DNA from: an uncultured Candidatus Binatia bacterium
Lineage (GTDB): Bacteria > Desulfobacterota > Binatia > Bin18
Reading direction: 5' to 3'
NCBI GenBank assembly: GCA_965218395.1
Contig: OZ244620.1
Span: 1,669,268-1,733,267 of the forward strand
DNA length: 64,000 bases
Position numbers and translations under genes: made by a program. Positions 27,945 through 38,381 of the stretch are shown in pieces. The notes beneath the pieces are model-generated. The model searched no databases. It saw nothing but the letters and a program-made list of their open reading frames with translations, and was not told the origin of the DNA. The stretch's first letter is position 1, and each line of letters begins with the position of its first letter.

Positions 27945-28628
27945 TCAGATATCCTGTTCGAGGATTTGGCCGTTATCCCTCAGCCAGCTTCGCGCCTTTT
28001 CCATCCTTGGCGCGTGCGTCCGAACGACATTCCAGAATCGGGGGGTATGATTTGCTTCGAGCAGATGGGCGAGTTCATGCACAATGACGTAATCGATCAC
28101 GAACATCGGCGCTTTGATCAGCCGCCAGTTCAGGTTCACGTTGTTCTTGACAGTGCATGAACCCCAGCGGAAACGATTGTCCACGATCTTCGCGCCGGCA
28201 AACTCCACCCCGAGCATAGCCGCAAGGGATTTTACCTTTGGAAGAATCCTCTCTCTCGCTCGGTTGACGTACCAGTTGCGAAGCACACTTCTTCGTTCGC
28301 CCGCCAGGGAAGCCGGGATCAAGAAACGCTGCCCGAAGCGTATCTCCGTCGAGTCGGTCGGGATGACTTCGACTTGGTACTCGCGGCCAAGGTAGAGCGC
28401 GGATTCGCCGTTTACCAGCTCCTTGCCGGGCGGATGGGGCCGCTCTGCGTACTTCTGGGTATGCTTCGTCTTCTCATAAATCCACTGACGTTTTGACTCG
28501 ACAGCTTCCCGAATCGTCTCTTCAGGGGTGGACTCGGGGGCATGAACGACCACGCTACGGTCCCGCTCGACGGTGATCGTCAGCTTCTTACGTTTCGGTG
28601 AGCGTTTGATTGTGTAGGCCGTGTCCAT
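27945..28628 (-). CDS. M48-family (YgjP-like/DUF45) zinc metallopeptidase associated with Type I RM
   Basis: HELAHL zincin motif; 2 nt downstream of hsdR. Confidence 0.8.
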   Translation of the reverse strand: MDTAYTIKRSPKRKKLTITVERDRSVVVHAPESTPEETIREAVESKRQWIYEKTKHTQKYAERPHPPGKELVNGESALYLGREYQVEVIPTDSTEIRFGQRFLIPASLAGERRSVLRNWYVNRARERILPKVKSLAAMLGVEFAGAKIVDNRFRWGSCTVKNNVNLNWRLIKAPMFVIDYVIVHELAHLLEANHTPRFWNVVRTHAPRMEKARSWLRDNGQILEQDI

Positions 28629-28630
28629 GC

Positions 28631-31600
28631 TTACTCCGCGTAGAGAATGATGTCATGGTTCTTTTCCGCGATCTCCATCACACGGCTGATTATTTGGGCA
28701 TGCTTGTTCACAAGGTTCGGGAGCGCTACGAACGACGGCTGGAGAAGCGTCTTCTGAATCTCGGCTCTTAGTTTGTTGCGCGCTGGAATACTTTCCCAAA
28801 ATCCGACCAGCTTCAACTCTCGCTCGACCACCAGTGAGACCCCCTGCGTCAGCGCGACCAAGTGGCTGATTTTGTCGTCCTCGCTCAAGCCGTAACGCGG
28901 ACTCGTTTCCGCTACCCTCAATTCGTCAGCGTCCTTGACCATGTCCGCACCAAACAGCTCGCGTCGAAACATGCGAAAGAACGGCATCTGCCTTTTCCTG
29001 TGGAGGCCATAGGTTGGTTCCTTGCTGGAATTGATGATCCTTGTTCGTAGCTTCTCCAGCTCTTCGTAAATCCTTTTCCAGTTATCCTGGAACTCTTGCA
29101 ATATCTGCGCGAGTGCTTCCGCGAAGGACGCTTGCAAGTCCGGGTCGTCACCCAACTCAACGTCGAGGTGGTGGCGGATAGCGTGTTCTACTTCTGCCGC
29201 TTTTGTCTTTGTGCGGCTGCGCTGATCGACGTTCTTTTGGAAGTCCTCGTCCAGAATGGAAATCGGTTTGACCTTCTGGGCTATGCTCTTTGACTCCAGA
29301 TATTTGTCTGTGATGGCGCGTAGCTTCGGCGGGATGCCCTTCATGCTGAGGCGTTCATCCCGGAAGTGCTTGCCGGCGAGGATGTTGATTTCAGAAAGAG
29401 CATTGTAATCGTCCATAAACTCCAATGCCTGCCGCGCGGGGAAAACGAGGTTCAGGCACTTGGTCAACTTCTTGAACGCCTGCATGTAGTCAAAGCGCAG
29501 GTCCTCGTCGTAGAGCACATCAAAAAAAGCGTCATGGTCCGTCAGGTCTGTCAGGCCATGCTGCTCAAGCAAGGCTATAATCGCAGCATGGCTGTCCTTG
29601 AGGTTGCGCAGTTCTTCTTCGGGAAAGCTGAGGGTGTCAATGACTTCCTTTTGTTCTCGCTCGTCATAAACGTCGATGGCTTTCTTGAGATGATGCCCAA
29701 CGCCGACGTAATCAACCACGAAGCCTTTGTCCTTCGTGTCGCCTCCAACCCGATTCACCCGAGCAATGGCCTGCAATAGGTTGTGGTCGGTGATGACTCT
29801 ATCCAAATACATGACCTGCTCCACCGGAGCGTCGAAACCCGTGATGAGCATATTGTTGACGACGAGGATGCCCATGTCTCCGCTCACGCCTTCGTCTTCA
29901 CCCCCGAACACCATTTTGAAGCTCTTGATACTGCGTCCGTGCTTGGTCTGGTCAGCGTACTCCTTTAAGTGCGGCAGATCGTTGTGTCCGCCGGAGATCA
30001 CGACATCGGTTTGCAGCTTCTTTAGCTGTTCTAGGTCGAGGCCGGGCGGGTTTGGTTTTTCCAACTCGGCAACGGCTGCACCCAGGGCAGTGTCGAGGTG
30101 CTTCTTGTAACGGATCGCCGCCTCGCGCGATGTAGCCACCACCTGGGCCTTGTAGCCGTTCGGAAATACATGGGTCAGGTAGTGCCTGACCATATCCTTG
30201 GCCTTGGCTTGAATCGTGGGTTCTGCCTCCAGGTAGGCGTCTCGGGAGCCGTAGCCAAGGATTTGAAGTCTTTGCTGGAGGTCGTAGTCGCTGAATACAT
30301 CCGCAAACGCCGCATCCATGCCTCCCTGGTCGGGTATTTCTGCGTTGTGGGTGCGGCCTTCGTAGACGATCTCCAGGGTAACGCCATCGTCTATGGACTG
30401 CCGCATGGTGTACTTGTCGATGTAGTCGCCAAAGACGCGCTCGGTCTTGTCAATCGGCGTGCCGGTGTAGCCGATCTTTGCGGCGTTCGGGATGCCCCTA
30501 TCGAGATTCGCTCCGAGCATCTTGTATTGGGAGCGATGGGCCTCGTCCGTCATAACCAGGATATGTGGGCTGGCATTAAGCTGTGGGAAGGTTTCGGTCA
30601 GGTCCGGGTCGCGGAATTTGTGGATCATGGCCATGACCAGGTCCGAGGTGTCGGCCCGAAGCAGTTCCTTCAGCTCGCGGATGCTGTTGGCCGTCTTCAC
30701 GGGAAACCCGATGCTTTGGCTGGTCTCGCTCAACTGGTCTTCGAGCTGTGTCCGGTCGGTGACGAAGACCACTTTCCAGCGTGCCAATTGTGCGTGTCGG
30801 TACATTTCACGCACCATGAACATCATGGTCAGCGATTTGCCCGAGCCCTGGGTGTGCCAGATGATGCCGCTCCGTTCGCGCGGGTTCCCGCCCTCCAGCA
30901 ATCGCTTGACCGCGAGTTTGACCGCCCGGAACTGCTGATAGCGCCCCACAATCTTGATGGTCTGGCCTCTGTCGTTGGTCGAAAACAGGGTGAACGTCCG
31001 CATGAGATCAAGCAGGTTATCCTTATCCATCATCCCGGCGACCAAGCGCTGCTGGTCGTTCGGGCTGCCAGCGCCATGATCGAGGTCATTGACCGTTCGC
31101 GGATAGGGGTCGGCCCAGCGGTAAAAATACTTTTCACTCCGCGTGGTGATCGTCCCGAACTTGGCCTCCTGGCGACAGGTGGCGACCACAAACTGATTGA
31201 AATAAAAGAGCGGTGGGCTTCCTTCGCCTGTGACACCACGTTGCTCGCCGTAGCGCAGCATCTGGTCAATGGCCTCGGGGATGGCGTCCTTCACCTTGGG
31301 CGACTTGCATTCAATCAGGACCACGGGCAGGCCATTCACGAACAACACAACGTCCGGGATGATGTGGTGCTCGGTGCCCAGGATGCGGACCTTGAATTGG
31401 CACACGGCAATAAAGTGGTTTTTGTCGCGGTTCTTGAAGTCGATAAAGTGCACAGTCGGGCTCTTCTCGCCCGTCTGTCGGTTCTCACTGACGCTGGTGT
31501 TCTCCAGAAGCAGATGAAGGATGTGCTTGTTGTTCTCGATCAATCCGGTGCCGGGGAAATTCGTGATGAGTTGCCTGACGACTTCTTCGACCTGGTCGTC

Positions 31601-31813
31601 TGCCAGCCACGGATTGATGACTGTGAGCTGTTCTCGCAGTACCGGCAGCATGACGACTTCGGTAAAGTTCTCTCGAAACGTATCAGCGGGCTTCTGCTGC
31701 TTGTCGGTCAGGTCGATGATCTCCCAGCCCAGACCGTGCAACTGCTCAAGGAGGGGTATCTCGACGTGGTTACGTTCGTCCATGCGAAGGGACTGCGCCC
31801 TCATAGTCATCAC
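28631..31813 (-). CDS. hsdR: Type I restriction enzyme R subunit HsdR
   Basis: 1,060 aa; helicase motifs (GSGKSLTM, DEAH box VMTDEAHRSQ), characteristic N-terminal nuclease and C-terminal domains. Confidence 0.9.
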   Translation of the reverse strand: MMTMRAQSLRMDERNHVEIPLLEQLHGLGWEIIDLTDKQQKPADTFRENFTEVVMLPVLREQLTVINPWLADDQVEEVVRQLITNFPGTGLIENNKHILHLLLENTSVSENRQTGEKSPTVHFIDFKNRDKNHFIAVCQFKVRILGTEHHIIPDVVLFVNGLPVVLIECKSPKVKDAIPEAIDQMLRYGEQRGVTGEGSPPLFYFNQFVVATCRQEAKFGTITTRSEKYFYRWADPYPRTVNDLDHGAGSPNDQQRLVAGMMDKDNLLDLMRTFTLFSTNDRGQTIKIVGRYQQFRAVKLAVKRLLEGGNPRERSGIIWHTQGSGKSLTMMFMVREMYRHAQLARWKVVFVTDRTQLEDQLSETSQSIGFPVKTANSIRELKELLRADTSDLVMAMIHKFRDPDLTETFPQLNASPHILVMTDEAHRSQYKMLGANLDRGIPNAAKIGYTGTPIDKTERVFGDYIDKYTMRQSIDDGVTLEIVYEGRTHNAEIPDQGGMDAAFADVFSDYDLQQRLQILGYGSRDAYLEAEPTIQAKAKDMVRHYLTHVFPNGYKAQVVATSREAAIRYKKHLDTALGAAVAELEKPNPPGLDLEQLKKLQTDVVISGGHNDLPHLKEYADQTKHGRSIKSFKMVFGGEDEGVSGDMGILVVNNMLITGFDAPVEQVMYLDRVITDHNLLQAIARVNRVGGDTKDKGFVVDYVGVGHHLKKAIDVYDEREQKEVIDTLSFPEEELRNLKDSHAAIIALLEQHGLTDLTDHDAFFDVLYDEDLRFDYMQAFKKLTKCLNLVFPARQALEFMDDYNALSEINILAGKHFRDERLSMKGIPPKLRAITDKYLESKSIAQKVKPISILDEDFQKNVDQRSRTKTKAAEVEHAIRHHLDVELGDDPDLQASFAEALAQILQEFQDNWKRIYEELEKLRTRIINSSKEPTYGLHRKRQMPFFRMFRRELFGADMVKDADELRVAETSPRYGLSEDDKISHLVALTQGVSLVVERELKLVGFWESIPARNKLRAEIQKTLLQPSFVALPNLVNKHAQIISRVMEIAEKNHDIILYAE

Positions 31814-31885
31814 TCCCGTAGCACCAGCGCAAATTCCGATTCTGTGTAGCTGTCCGTCATTGCTACCCCTCGCTTCAGTGAAGAA

Positions 31886-32212
31886 TCAAGGAGCTTCCTT
31901 GTCCAGAGCGGCAATGCCGGTTAGCACAATGGGGGGACGGTCGGGGAATTCCGCCACCAGACTTAATTTTCCGCCCATTGCTTGAACGTAGCTTCGGAGC
32001 GTGGATATCAGTAGATCGCTCCGCTTTTCGATACGCGATACGTTTTCCTGGTTGATCCCGAGTTCCTTGGCTACGCGTACCTGCGTCTGTCTCCGCGCCT
32101 TGCGCAGGTCTTGGAGCGACATCTCTTCGGCAATCAACGTGTTGGCCCGTTCCTCCACTTTCTTCCGGCGTGCAGTGGGGAGATTGTCCATTCTCTCTGC
32201 GAGAGTCGTCAT
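31886..32212 (-). CDS. XRE-family HTH antitoxin (HigA-like) embedded in the RM operon
   Basis: KELGINQENVSRIE HTH; 4-nt overlap with the upstream toxin gene. Confidence 0.7.
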   Translation of the reverse strand: MTTLAERMDNLPTARRKKVEERANTLIAEEMSLQDLRKARRQTQVRVAKELGINQENVSRIEKRSDLLISTLRSYVQAMGGKLSLVAEFPDRPPIVLTGIAALDKEAP

Positions 32213-32577
32213 CGTGACCTCCTTTCGTCTTTCAGCCGGTTGAGATGCGTATCGAACCGTTCGTCCGCCTTCTTGATCATCTGTCTGTAAAAATGTCTTT
32301 CGCTGACACCGGATTTGTCGCCAGCAACGAGCAGGATGGCCTGCCGCTTTGGGTCAAAGGCAAAAGCAACTCGCCACACGCCGTTATCGGCCTGAAAGCG
32401 AAGCTCCTTCATGTTGGCGTGGCGAGATCCATTCAGAGTGTCCACCCGCGGGCGGCCCAGAGAAGGGCCGAATGTCTCAAGAAGCTTCGCCTGCGCAAGT
32501 AGCTCATCCTGCACTGCGGTGGGCAGGGCATCGAACTCCAGGTCAAAGGCCGGATCGAAGCCGACTTCCCAGTTCAT
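32209..32577 (-). CDS. RelE/ParE-superfamily toxin (HigB/Gp49-like) embedded between hsdS and hsdR
   Basis: ELRFQADNGVWRVAFAFDPKRQAILLVAGDKSG...FYRQMIKKADERFDTHL matches HigB/Gp49-type toxins; toxin-first gene order typical of higBA. Confidence 0.7.
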   Translation of the reverse strand: MNWEVGFDPAFDLEFDALPTAVQDELLAQAKLLETFGPSLGRPRVDTLNGSRHANMKELRFQADNGVWRVAFAFDPKRQAILLVAGDKSGVSERHFYRQMIKKADERFDTHLNRLKDERRSR

Positions 32578-32615
32578 TATCTAAGTATGATCCTAGATAA
32601 AATATGCTGTCAAGG
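32578..32615 (-). promoter_or_regulatory. putative sigma70 promoter (TTGACA-17-TCATAC) overlapped by a perfect 7-bp inverted repeat TTATCTA...TAGATAA (candidate operator) upstream of the toxin gene
   Basis: Read on the minus strand in the 105-nt hsdS-higB gap. Confidence 0.4.
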
Positions 32616-32682
32616 TCATATAGGAGACCCGGTTCCGCCCGTAGTACCCGACCGGGATGTGTCTTTACTCGCGTCTTGGTAC

Positions 32683-33933
32683 TCATATGCCGCCCTCTAC
32701 GTCAGTCAGTAACGGAGTAACAGACACCTTGCCGGTGAGGAGGTCTTGCATGAGGGCCGTTTTGAGAGAGCGAAGTTTTGTTAATGAGCCTACCTGATAT
32801 TCGTATTCATTTCTTAATAAATTTATTTGCATAATCACCTTTGACTGCTCGGCAGGCGGTGGATAAGGGACCAAATAACTACGAATATCTCCGAGGGAAA
32901 GATTTGCTCTAGCTGTCTCAACTTGCTCTCCAAGTAGTCGTTCAATGTTTTTGGATAATTGGAGATATTCGCATAGCCACAATGGTTTCACTTCATTACT
33001 TAAACGAACTGAACAAACAGCTTGATTTATGTTCGCATCACGGTCCAAGTCATAAACTGCTGATCGTGCAATTGATGCCCCAACGAGATTAACTAGAATA
33101 TCACCATACCTCAGTGCGGAGCGTTTAAGTTTTTTGTGAAAGGTATCGGAAATAAACTTTTCCGACTTTGTAATATCTAAAAAACCGACTCTCACATTTT
33201 CACTAGTAATAAATAGTATGCCTTCCTCGTGATACTTAAATCCTTGCCATGTGGGAGACTCTCCTTTAGTAACTTGAGCGGCTAGATTGCCAATCGTCTT
33301 TACCTCCCACTCCACCGGAATGCGCCCAAGTGGCGAGTCCTTGAATTCGTGTGTATCTTCGGAGCGAAGGTTTCCGTCTTTGTCGATGCCGCGCGTGAGC
33401 AGGTCTTGCATCAGGCCGGTCTTGATGCGCTGCTGCTTGGCGATTAACGCTTCGGTCTGGTCAATGGATTGATCGACTGTCGAGAGTATTTCGGCGATTT
33501 TGGTTTGTTGGGGTTTCTGATAATTGAAAAGCGAAAGATCGCCAAAGATTTCTTTGTCAACGTGCGGAATACCAGAGCCAGCCGTTTGGCCCTTGAGATA
33601 GTCTTCCCAACCTTTTAGAGCGTAATGGAAATAGCCAGTATCATAATCGGAGTTATGGCGGACCCTCATCATTGTTGACGCAAGCATCCCATCACGCGCC
33701 CTAAGAATTTCACCAGCATTTGAACCGTCCCAGAGAATAATCGTTTCCCCATCCATAACCCGTATAGCATCCGAACTTGGGCGGGCGTACTCAGGTTCCG
33801 CCTTCCCTCGTAGGAAGTCAGGCGTCAGATATCGTTCTGCTCCAAGCCCATTGTAAGAAGTCTGTAGCGGCGGTTTCCCTTTTTCTAGCGTACATACGTC
33901 CCGAAGAGGGCGAGACTGAGTAGTTGGGCTCAT
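32683..33933 (-). CDS. hsdS: Type I RM specificity subunit HsdS (two target-recognition domains)
   Basis: Two TRD halves with conserved inter-domain repeats; 4-nt overlap with hsdM. Confidence 0.85.
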   Translation of the reverse strand: MSPTTQSRPLRDVCTLEKGKPPLQTSYNGLGAERYLTPDFLRGKAEPEYARPSSDAIRVMDGETIILWDGSNAGEILRARDGMLASTMMRVRHNSDYDTGYFHYALKGWEDYLKGQTAGSGIPHVDKEIFGDLSLFNYQKPQQTKIAEILSTVDQSIDQTEALIAKQQRIKTGLMQDLLTRGIDKDGNLRSEDTHEFKDSPLGRIPVEWEVKTIGNLAAQVTKGESPTWQGFKYHEEGILFITSENVRVGFLDITKSEKFISDTFHKKLKRSALRYGDILVNLVGASIARSAVYDLDRDANINQAVCSVRLSNEVKPLWLCEYLQLSKNIERLLGEQVETARANLSLGDIRSYLVPYPPPAEQSKVIMQINLLRNEYEYQVGSLTKLRSLKTALMQDLLTGKVSVTPLLTDVEGGI

Positions 33934-36614
33934 TTGGAATACCCAAGACCTTTCAAGAATCCGTCCAGGCGATCTACTGTGGCCAACCGCGACCGTTCCA
34001 TGTCCTGGCTACTCACCGCGTACTTGCCCCACAGATTCTCAACACCCGAAACCAAGTCGCGCATTTCCGCATTAAGATAGCGTTCGAGTTCGGCGCTGGC
34101 GATGTCGTAGAGCTTCTTGAGGATAAGGTGCTTGGCTTCGTCATTGGTTAGCTGGCCGTTGATTGCTTCCAGTATCACGTCGGTCTTGGCAATGCGCTCC
34201 TCAAGTGTGGCCTTGTCCTTGTTCAGGACATTGATCTTCTTCTTGTCGGTCTTGTCGAGGGGGTCCAGCTTGGCAAGCTGGCTTTCGACCTGCTGGATGA
34301 GTTCCCGGCTTTCGGCTTTGAACCCTTCGCCGCCAAGCCGTTTGAGTTGGATTTTGAGTTCCAATTCGGTGGTCTTATTCTTCGACAAGGCTCTGCTGAC
34401 CCTGATTTGATTCTCAATCTTCTTGATGGCGGCATCCTGTGCCTTGAGGTCATCACGCTCTCGATGGGCGGATGCGCCCGCACTATCCTTGAGGTCATCT
34501 ATGAGGGCTTTCAGAGCCTTCTTGATGACTGTGGCCGTTATCTTTTCATCTTCGTTGGGTTCGTAGGCAGCCACCTCTTGCGCGGTTTCCACGGCCTCGG
34601 CCAGCTCGGTTTGGAGTTCATTGATACGGGTCTCCAATTCCTCAATGGCGTCCGCGTCGCTCTGGAAAAACGCGGCGATCAGATATTCGTCCGGGATGAG
34701 GGTGTGATGCCAGCCGGTTGAGACAATGGTTTTCAGGTCGTAGCGATTTTGCTGCCACCAGTTGACAAACACACCGGCGCTCTTGAATTCGTCCAGCACT
34801 CCCAAGGGAACGAGCTTGTCCTTGAGCGTGGTCAAAAGCTCACGCCGGACTTCCGGCATTTTCCGACCGCCGTGATTGGCGCGTTCAAGCTCGGCGAAGT
34901 CGTCACGGGCTACGCCCCACCATTCCTTGAGGGCATTTCGGTGGGTATCCAACGTATGCCCGACCGATTGGTCCACTTCGATGATGCCTTTTATGTCGGC
35001 CTTGCTTGCAATCGACTCTTTGAATGTCAGGTATCCCGGTCGGTCCGGCTGGAATAGCGTTTCGCATTGAAGGCCAAACTTGTTGAAATTGTCGCTTTGT
35101 GCCGAAACCTCACTTTCAGGGATGCCGCCGATAAGATGGGCTTGTACGTCTTCCGGTTCCGGCTCGGGCGTGTTGTCCACATAGCGTCGGATGTTCAGGT
35201 TGTAGTCGTGTTTGTCGGCAATCTCTGACTTGTCCACAAGTCGGCTATATTTCGGAATCTCGCGTTTGGTGGAAAACACGAAGTCGATTTTCTCCACGTC
35301 TTCCGGGCGCAGTTTGTTTTGATTTTTTCCCTCCGCATATTCACGGTCCGCATTGATGAACAAAATCTTGCCGCGTAAGGCATCGGGTTTGTTCTTGTTG
35401 CAGACCAGCACACAGGCCGGAATACCGGTCCCATAAAAAAGACCCTGCGGCAAACTGATGATCGCCTCGATAACATCGTCGTTTATCAACCGCTCCCGAA
35501 TCAGCTTCTCCTTACCGCCACGAAAAAGTACGCCGTGAGGCATGATCGTGGCCATGTGGCCGTCGCTCTTGAGGCTCGCCAGCATGTGCTGGACGAACAT
35601 CAGGTCGGCTTTCTTGCCGGTTTCCGGGCACCACTCTTGGAAGCGGTTGGTGAATTTCATACTGGCGCGACTGTAGTTCTGTGAAAATGGAGGATTGGCC
35701 AACACCCGGTCGAACCTGCGTATCTGCCCGTTTTGCAGGATCAGCGGGTCTTCCAAGGTGTCCCCGTTCTCGATGGTGAAGCGCGCAATGTTATGGAGGA
35801 TCATGTTCATGTTGCAGATCGACCACGTGGTGCCGTTGGGGTCCTGGCCGTAGAGGGCCAGATTGTTGGCGTTCTCGCCCTGCTCCTCAACGTACTGGTG
35901 GGCCTGGATGAGAAAGCCACCGGAACCGACGGCTGGATCGTAAATCTCGTTCCCTGCCGTTGGCTTGGTCAACTGGACCAGCAGGCGCACGACTTCCGCA
36001 GGGGTATAGAACTCGCCTCCTTTCTTGCCCGCGCTGTCCGCGAAATACTTGATCAGGTACTCGTAGGCTGCGCCGAGCAGGTCGGGGAACTCGAAATTTT
36101 CGTTGACCAGGACGAAGCCCGGCTGGTTGAAATGATCGAGCAACTCCTTCCACTTCTGATTCTCTATTTTCGTCTTGCCCTTGGCGGCGTTGAAGTCGAT
36201 GTTGTTCTTCAGCACCCCGGCCAGCGAGTCGTTCGCGTCCTCGACCGCAGCAAGGGCTTTGTTCAGCATGTTGCCGATATCGTCTTTGAGGTCCTTGAGC
36301 GCAGGAACCAAGTCACCATTCTCATCCGCCCATGTCTCGTGCCAGCGGGCACGAACGGGGACGAAGAACGTCTCGCCGAAGGCGGTCTTGTCCTCAACGA
36401 GTTGCGCCAGGAGATCAGGCTGGTCCTTGAGATGGGCGTATTCCGCTCGTACCTGTTCGCGCTTGCGGTCGAACTCGTCAGACAGCCGTTTCAGGAACAG
36501 CATGCCGAAGATGAACTCCTTGAACTCGGAGGCGTCCATCTTGCCGCGCAGAATGTCGGCGGCTCTGAACAGAAAGGATTCGAGTTGGGCTAAGGTAATT
36601 TTTTCAGTCGTCAT
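33930..36614 (-). CDS. hsdM: Type I RM methyltransferase HsdM, long form (894 aa) with a ~400-aa coiled-coil C-terminal extension
   Basis: HsdM N-terminal domain plus N6-MTase (VLANPPF motif IV, GSGGFL motif I); C-terminal half rich in heptad-like repeats. Confidence 0.9.
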   Translation of the reverse strand: MTTEKITLAQLESFLFRAADILRGKMDASEFKEFIFGMLFLKRLSDEFDRKREQVRAEYAHLKDQPDLLAQLVEDKTAFGETFFVPVRARWHETWADENGDLVPALKDLKDDIGNMLNKALAAVEDANDSLAGVLKNNIDFNAAKGKTKIENQKWKELLDHFNQPGFVLVNENFEFPDLLGAAYEYLIKYFADSAGKKGGEFYTPAEVVRLLVQLTKPTAGNEIYDPAVGSGGFLIQAHQYVEEQGENANNLALYGQDPNGTTWSICNMNMILHNIARFTIENGDTLEDPLILQNGQIRRFDRVLANPPFSQNYSRASMKFTNRFQEWCPETGKKADLMFVQHMLASLKSDGHMATIMPHGVLFRGGKEKLIRERLINDDVIEAIISLPQGLFYGTGIPACVLVCNKNKPDALRGKILFINADREYAEGKNQNKLRPEDVEKIDFVFSTKREIPKYSRLVDKSEIADKHDYNLNIRRYVDNTPEPEPEDVQAHLIGGIPESEVSAQSDNFNKFGLQCETLFQPDRPGYLTFKESIASKADIKGIIEVDQSVGHTLDTHRNALKEWWGVARDDFAELERANHGGRKMPEVRRELLTTLKDKLVPLGVLDEFKSAGVFVNWWQQNRYDLKTIVSTGWHHTLIPDEYLIAAFFQSDADAIEELETRINELQTELAEAVETAQEVAAYEPNEDEKITATVIKKALKALIDDLKDSAGASAHRERDDLKAQDAAIKKIENQIRVSRALSKNKTTELELKIQLKRLGGEGFKAESRELIQQVESQLAKLDPLDKTDKKKINVLNKDKATLEERIAKTDVILEAINGQLTNDEAKHLILKKLYDIASAELERYLNAEMRDLVSGVENLWGKYAVSSQDMERSRLATVDRLDGFLKGLGYSK

Positions 36615-36622
36615 GTGGGGGC

Positions 36623-36937
36623 TCAGGCGGCTTCATACACCACTCTGCCTTCCCGCAGGGCGGGCTTGATGATGAGCGCGTGGCTATCCTTGAATCGCTC
36701 TACATCCTCGGGGGAGACGACGATGGCATCAACCGCAGCACCGACCCCGTGCAGCTTTCGATAGATCCGAGCCATGAGATCGAGTGCATCCGCCCCTTCC
36801 TTGATGATGAGCAGGTCCACGTCGCTATTGGGACCCATGTCGCCCCGAGCGGCAGACCCGAAGAGAATGATCTTCTCCGGCTGGGCTGTTTCCACAACGC
36901 GCCGGATGATGTCGTCCAATGTCTGTCTGTCGAGCAT
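36623..36937 (-). CDS. minimal nucleotidyltransferase (MNT/Pol-beta superfamily), first gene of the RM operon; no HEPN partner found
   Basis: [10 protein letters not shown]...DVDLL NTase signature. Confidence 0.7.
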   Translation of the reverse strand: MLDRQTLDDIIRRVVETAQPEKIILFGSAARGDMGPNSDVDLLIIKEGADALDLMARIYRKLHGVGAAVDAIVVSPEDVERFKDSHALIIKPALREGRVVYEAA

Positions 36938-37087
36938 TCTTCAGCAGCTCTCTCTGACTGGCCTCTCTTCAAGAGAACCAAAAGAATAGCACTAAAGTAT
37001 ATGAAAATCGTAGTCTTCGCTTAACGAATCGGACCTCAAGAAGCACGGAGGTGCACAAGTCTTTGCTAACAGGTTAGATACGACAAG

Positions 37088-37115
37088 ACCCCGAGGGGGT
37101 TGGCCCTCGGGGTCT
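37088..37115 (-). terminator. stem-loop GACCCCGAGGG-ggttgg-CCCTCGGGGTC downstream of tRNA-Asn
   Basis: Perfect 11-bp stem; weak T-tract. Confidence 0.45.
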
Positions 37116-37153
37116 CACGTTCGCTGGCGAGTTGCCGGATTTGGCGGTCGAGT

Positions 37154-37229
37154 TGGCTCCTCGGGTTGGACTCGAACCAACAACCCATCGGTTAACAGCC
37201 GATTGCTCTGCCGATTGAGCTACCGAGGA
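37154..37229 (-). tRNA. tRNA-Asn (anticodon GTT), CCA encoded
   Basis: Hand-folded cloverleaf: acceptor TCCTCGG/CCGAGGA, anticodon loop CTGTTAA, T-arm GTTGG-TTCGAGT-CCAAC. Confidence 0.85.
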
Positions 37230-37232
37230 TCA

Positions 37233-37287
37233 AAAGAGTAAGCGTGTCCTCCAATACGCATACAGATGCCGGGCACGTTTACTCTTT
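37233..37287. repeat. family-1 palindromic element, copy c (loop in opposite orientation), between the recR stop and the tRNA-Asn 5' end
   Basis: AAAGAGTAAGCGTGTCC ... GGGCACGTTTACTCTTT. Confidence 0.65.
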
Positions 37288-37338
37288 AAGAGCCAGAGCG
37301 CAGTTTTAGCAAAGGCAAAAACAAGAGTAAAGGTAGGA

Positions 37339-37938
37339 TTACATCTCCCGCCGGCCCTCAATCGCCCGGCCGAGGGTGACCGCGTCGGTGTATTCCACAT
37401 CCCCGCCCATCGGAATGCCGTGGGCAATCCGACTCACCTGGACGCCCAGCGGCTTAATGACCTTGGCCAGATACAAGGCGGTCGCCTCTCCTTCGACATT
37501 GGGGTTGGTCGCAATAATGACCTCTTGCACCGCACCCGAGCGCAGGCGGTCCAGGAGCGGGGCAATCTTGAGTTCGTCCGGCCCAATACCGTCAAGCGGG
37601 GCTAAAACGCCGTGCAGGACATGATAGCGGCCGGTATATTCGTGCGAGCGTTCGACGGCCATCAGGTCCGCCGGTTCTTCGACGATGCAGATCGACTCGG
37701 CACTCCGCTGCGGATCGCGACAAATGGCACACCGCTCGCCCTCAGCCAGCCCAAAGCATTCCTGGCACAGGGTGGTCTCGGTCTTCACCACCCAGATGGC
37801 CTCGGCCAGGCCTTCGGCATAGTCTCGCCCCGCGCTCAGGATGAACATGGCCAGGCGAGTCGCGGTTTTCTCTCCTATCCCCGGCAGTCTCCCCAACTCT
37901 TGGACCAGGCGAGCCAGGGCGGGGGTCAGCATCGTCAT
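37339..37938 (-). CDS. recR: recombination protein RecR
   Basis: HhH motif LPGIGEKTA, C4 zinc finger CQEC...CAIC, Toprim domain. Confidence 0.9.
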   Translation of the reverse strand: MTMLTPALARLVQELGRLPGIGEKTATRLAMFILSAGRDYAEGLAEAIWVVKTETTLCQECFGLAEGERCAICRDPQRSAESICIVEEPADLMAVERSHEYTGRYHVLHGVLAPLDGIGPDELKIAPLLDRLRSGAVQEVIIATNPNVEGEATALYLAKVIKPLGVQVSRIAHGIPMGGDVEYTDAVTLGRAIEGRREM

Positions 37939-37960
37939 ACATCCCTCGTCATCACTGGGC

Positions 37961-38278
37961 TCACGCGGTCAGCCCAGGAATCTTGAGCCCGCCGGTGACT
38001 TTTCCCATTTCAGTGGCCATCATGTTCTGGGCTTGCCGAATGCCCTCGTTCACCGCGGCGGTAATGAGGTCTTGCAGCATTTCGACATCGTCGGCTGAGA
38101 CCACGGCCGGATCAATCCGTAGCGCAACGAGCTCCAACTTGCCGTTCACCGTCGCCCTGACCATACTGCCCCCGGCCGAGGCTTCGACCGTCTTTTTCCC
38201 GGCCTCTTCCTGAATCTGAGCCAGTTTGGCCTGCAACTGCTGGGCCTGCTTCATCATATCTCCCATATTGGGTGCCAT
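37961..38278 (-). CDS. ybaB: nucleoid-associated protein YbaB/EbfC
   Basis: ORF 37961..38431. Start at MAPNMGDMMKQAQQLQAKL with GGAGG 7 nt upstream; the longer extension reads through repeat copy d. Confidence 0.85.
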   Translation of the reverse strand: MAPNMGDMMKQAQQLQAKLAQIQEEAGKKTVEASAGGSMVRATVNGKLELVALRIDPAVVSADDVEMLQDLITAAVNEGIRQAQNMMATEMGKVTGGLKIPGLTA

Positions 38279-38310
38279 GCTGTGTCCTCCACTCTGCGTC
38301 TGTGTGACGG

Positions 38311-38364
38311 AAAGAGTAAACATGTCCTCCAAAAACATACAGATGCTGGACACGTTTACTCTTT
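38311..38364. repeat. family-1 palindromic element, copy d, between dnaX and ybaB
   Basis: AAAGAGTAAACATGTCC ... GGACACGTTTACTCTTT. Confidence 0.65.
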
Positions 38365-38381
38365 GGCGCAGTCTGCCGTGT

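Noticed and set aside
36938-37150. Search for a HEPN partner of the MNT gene and for an integrase or attachment-repeat of tRNA-Asn in or around the defence island
   Set aside because: No ORF with an Rx4-6H HEPN motif and no tyrosine or serine recombinase were found within the window; a distal tRNA-Asn 3' duplicate could not be located by eye. Left as a check rather than a claim.
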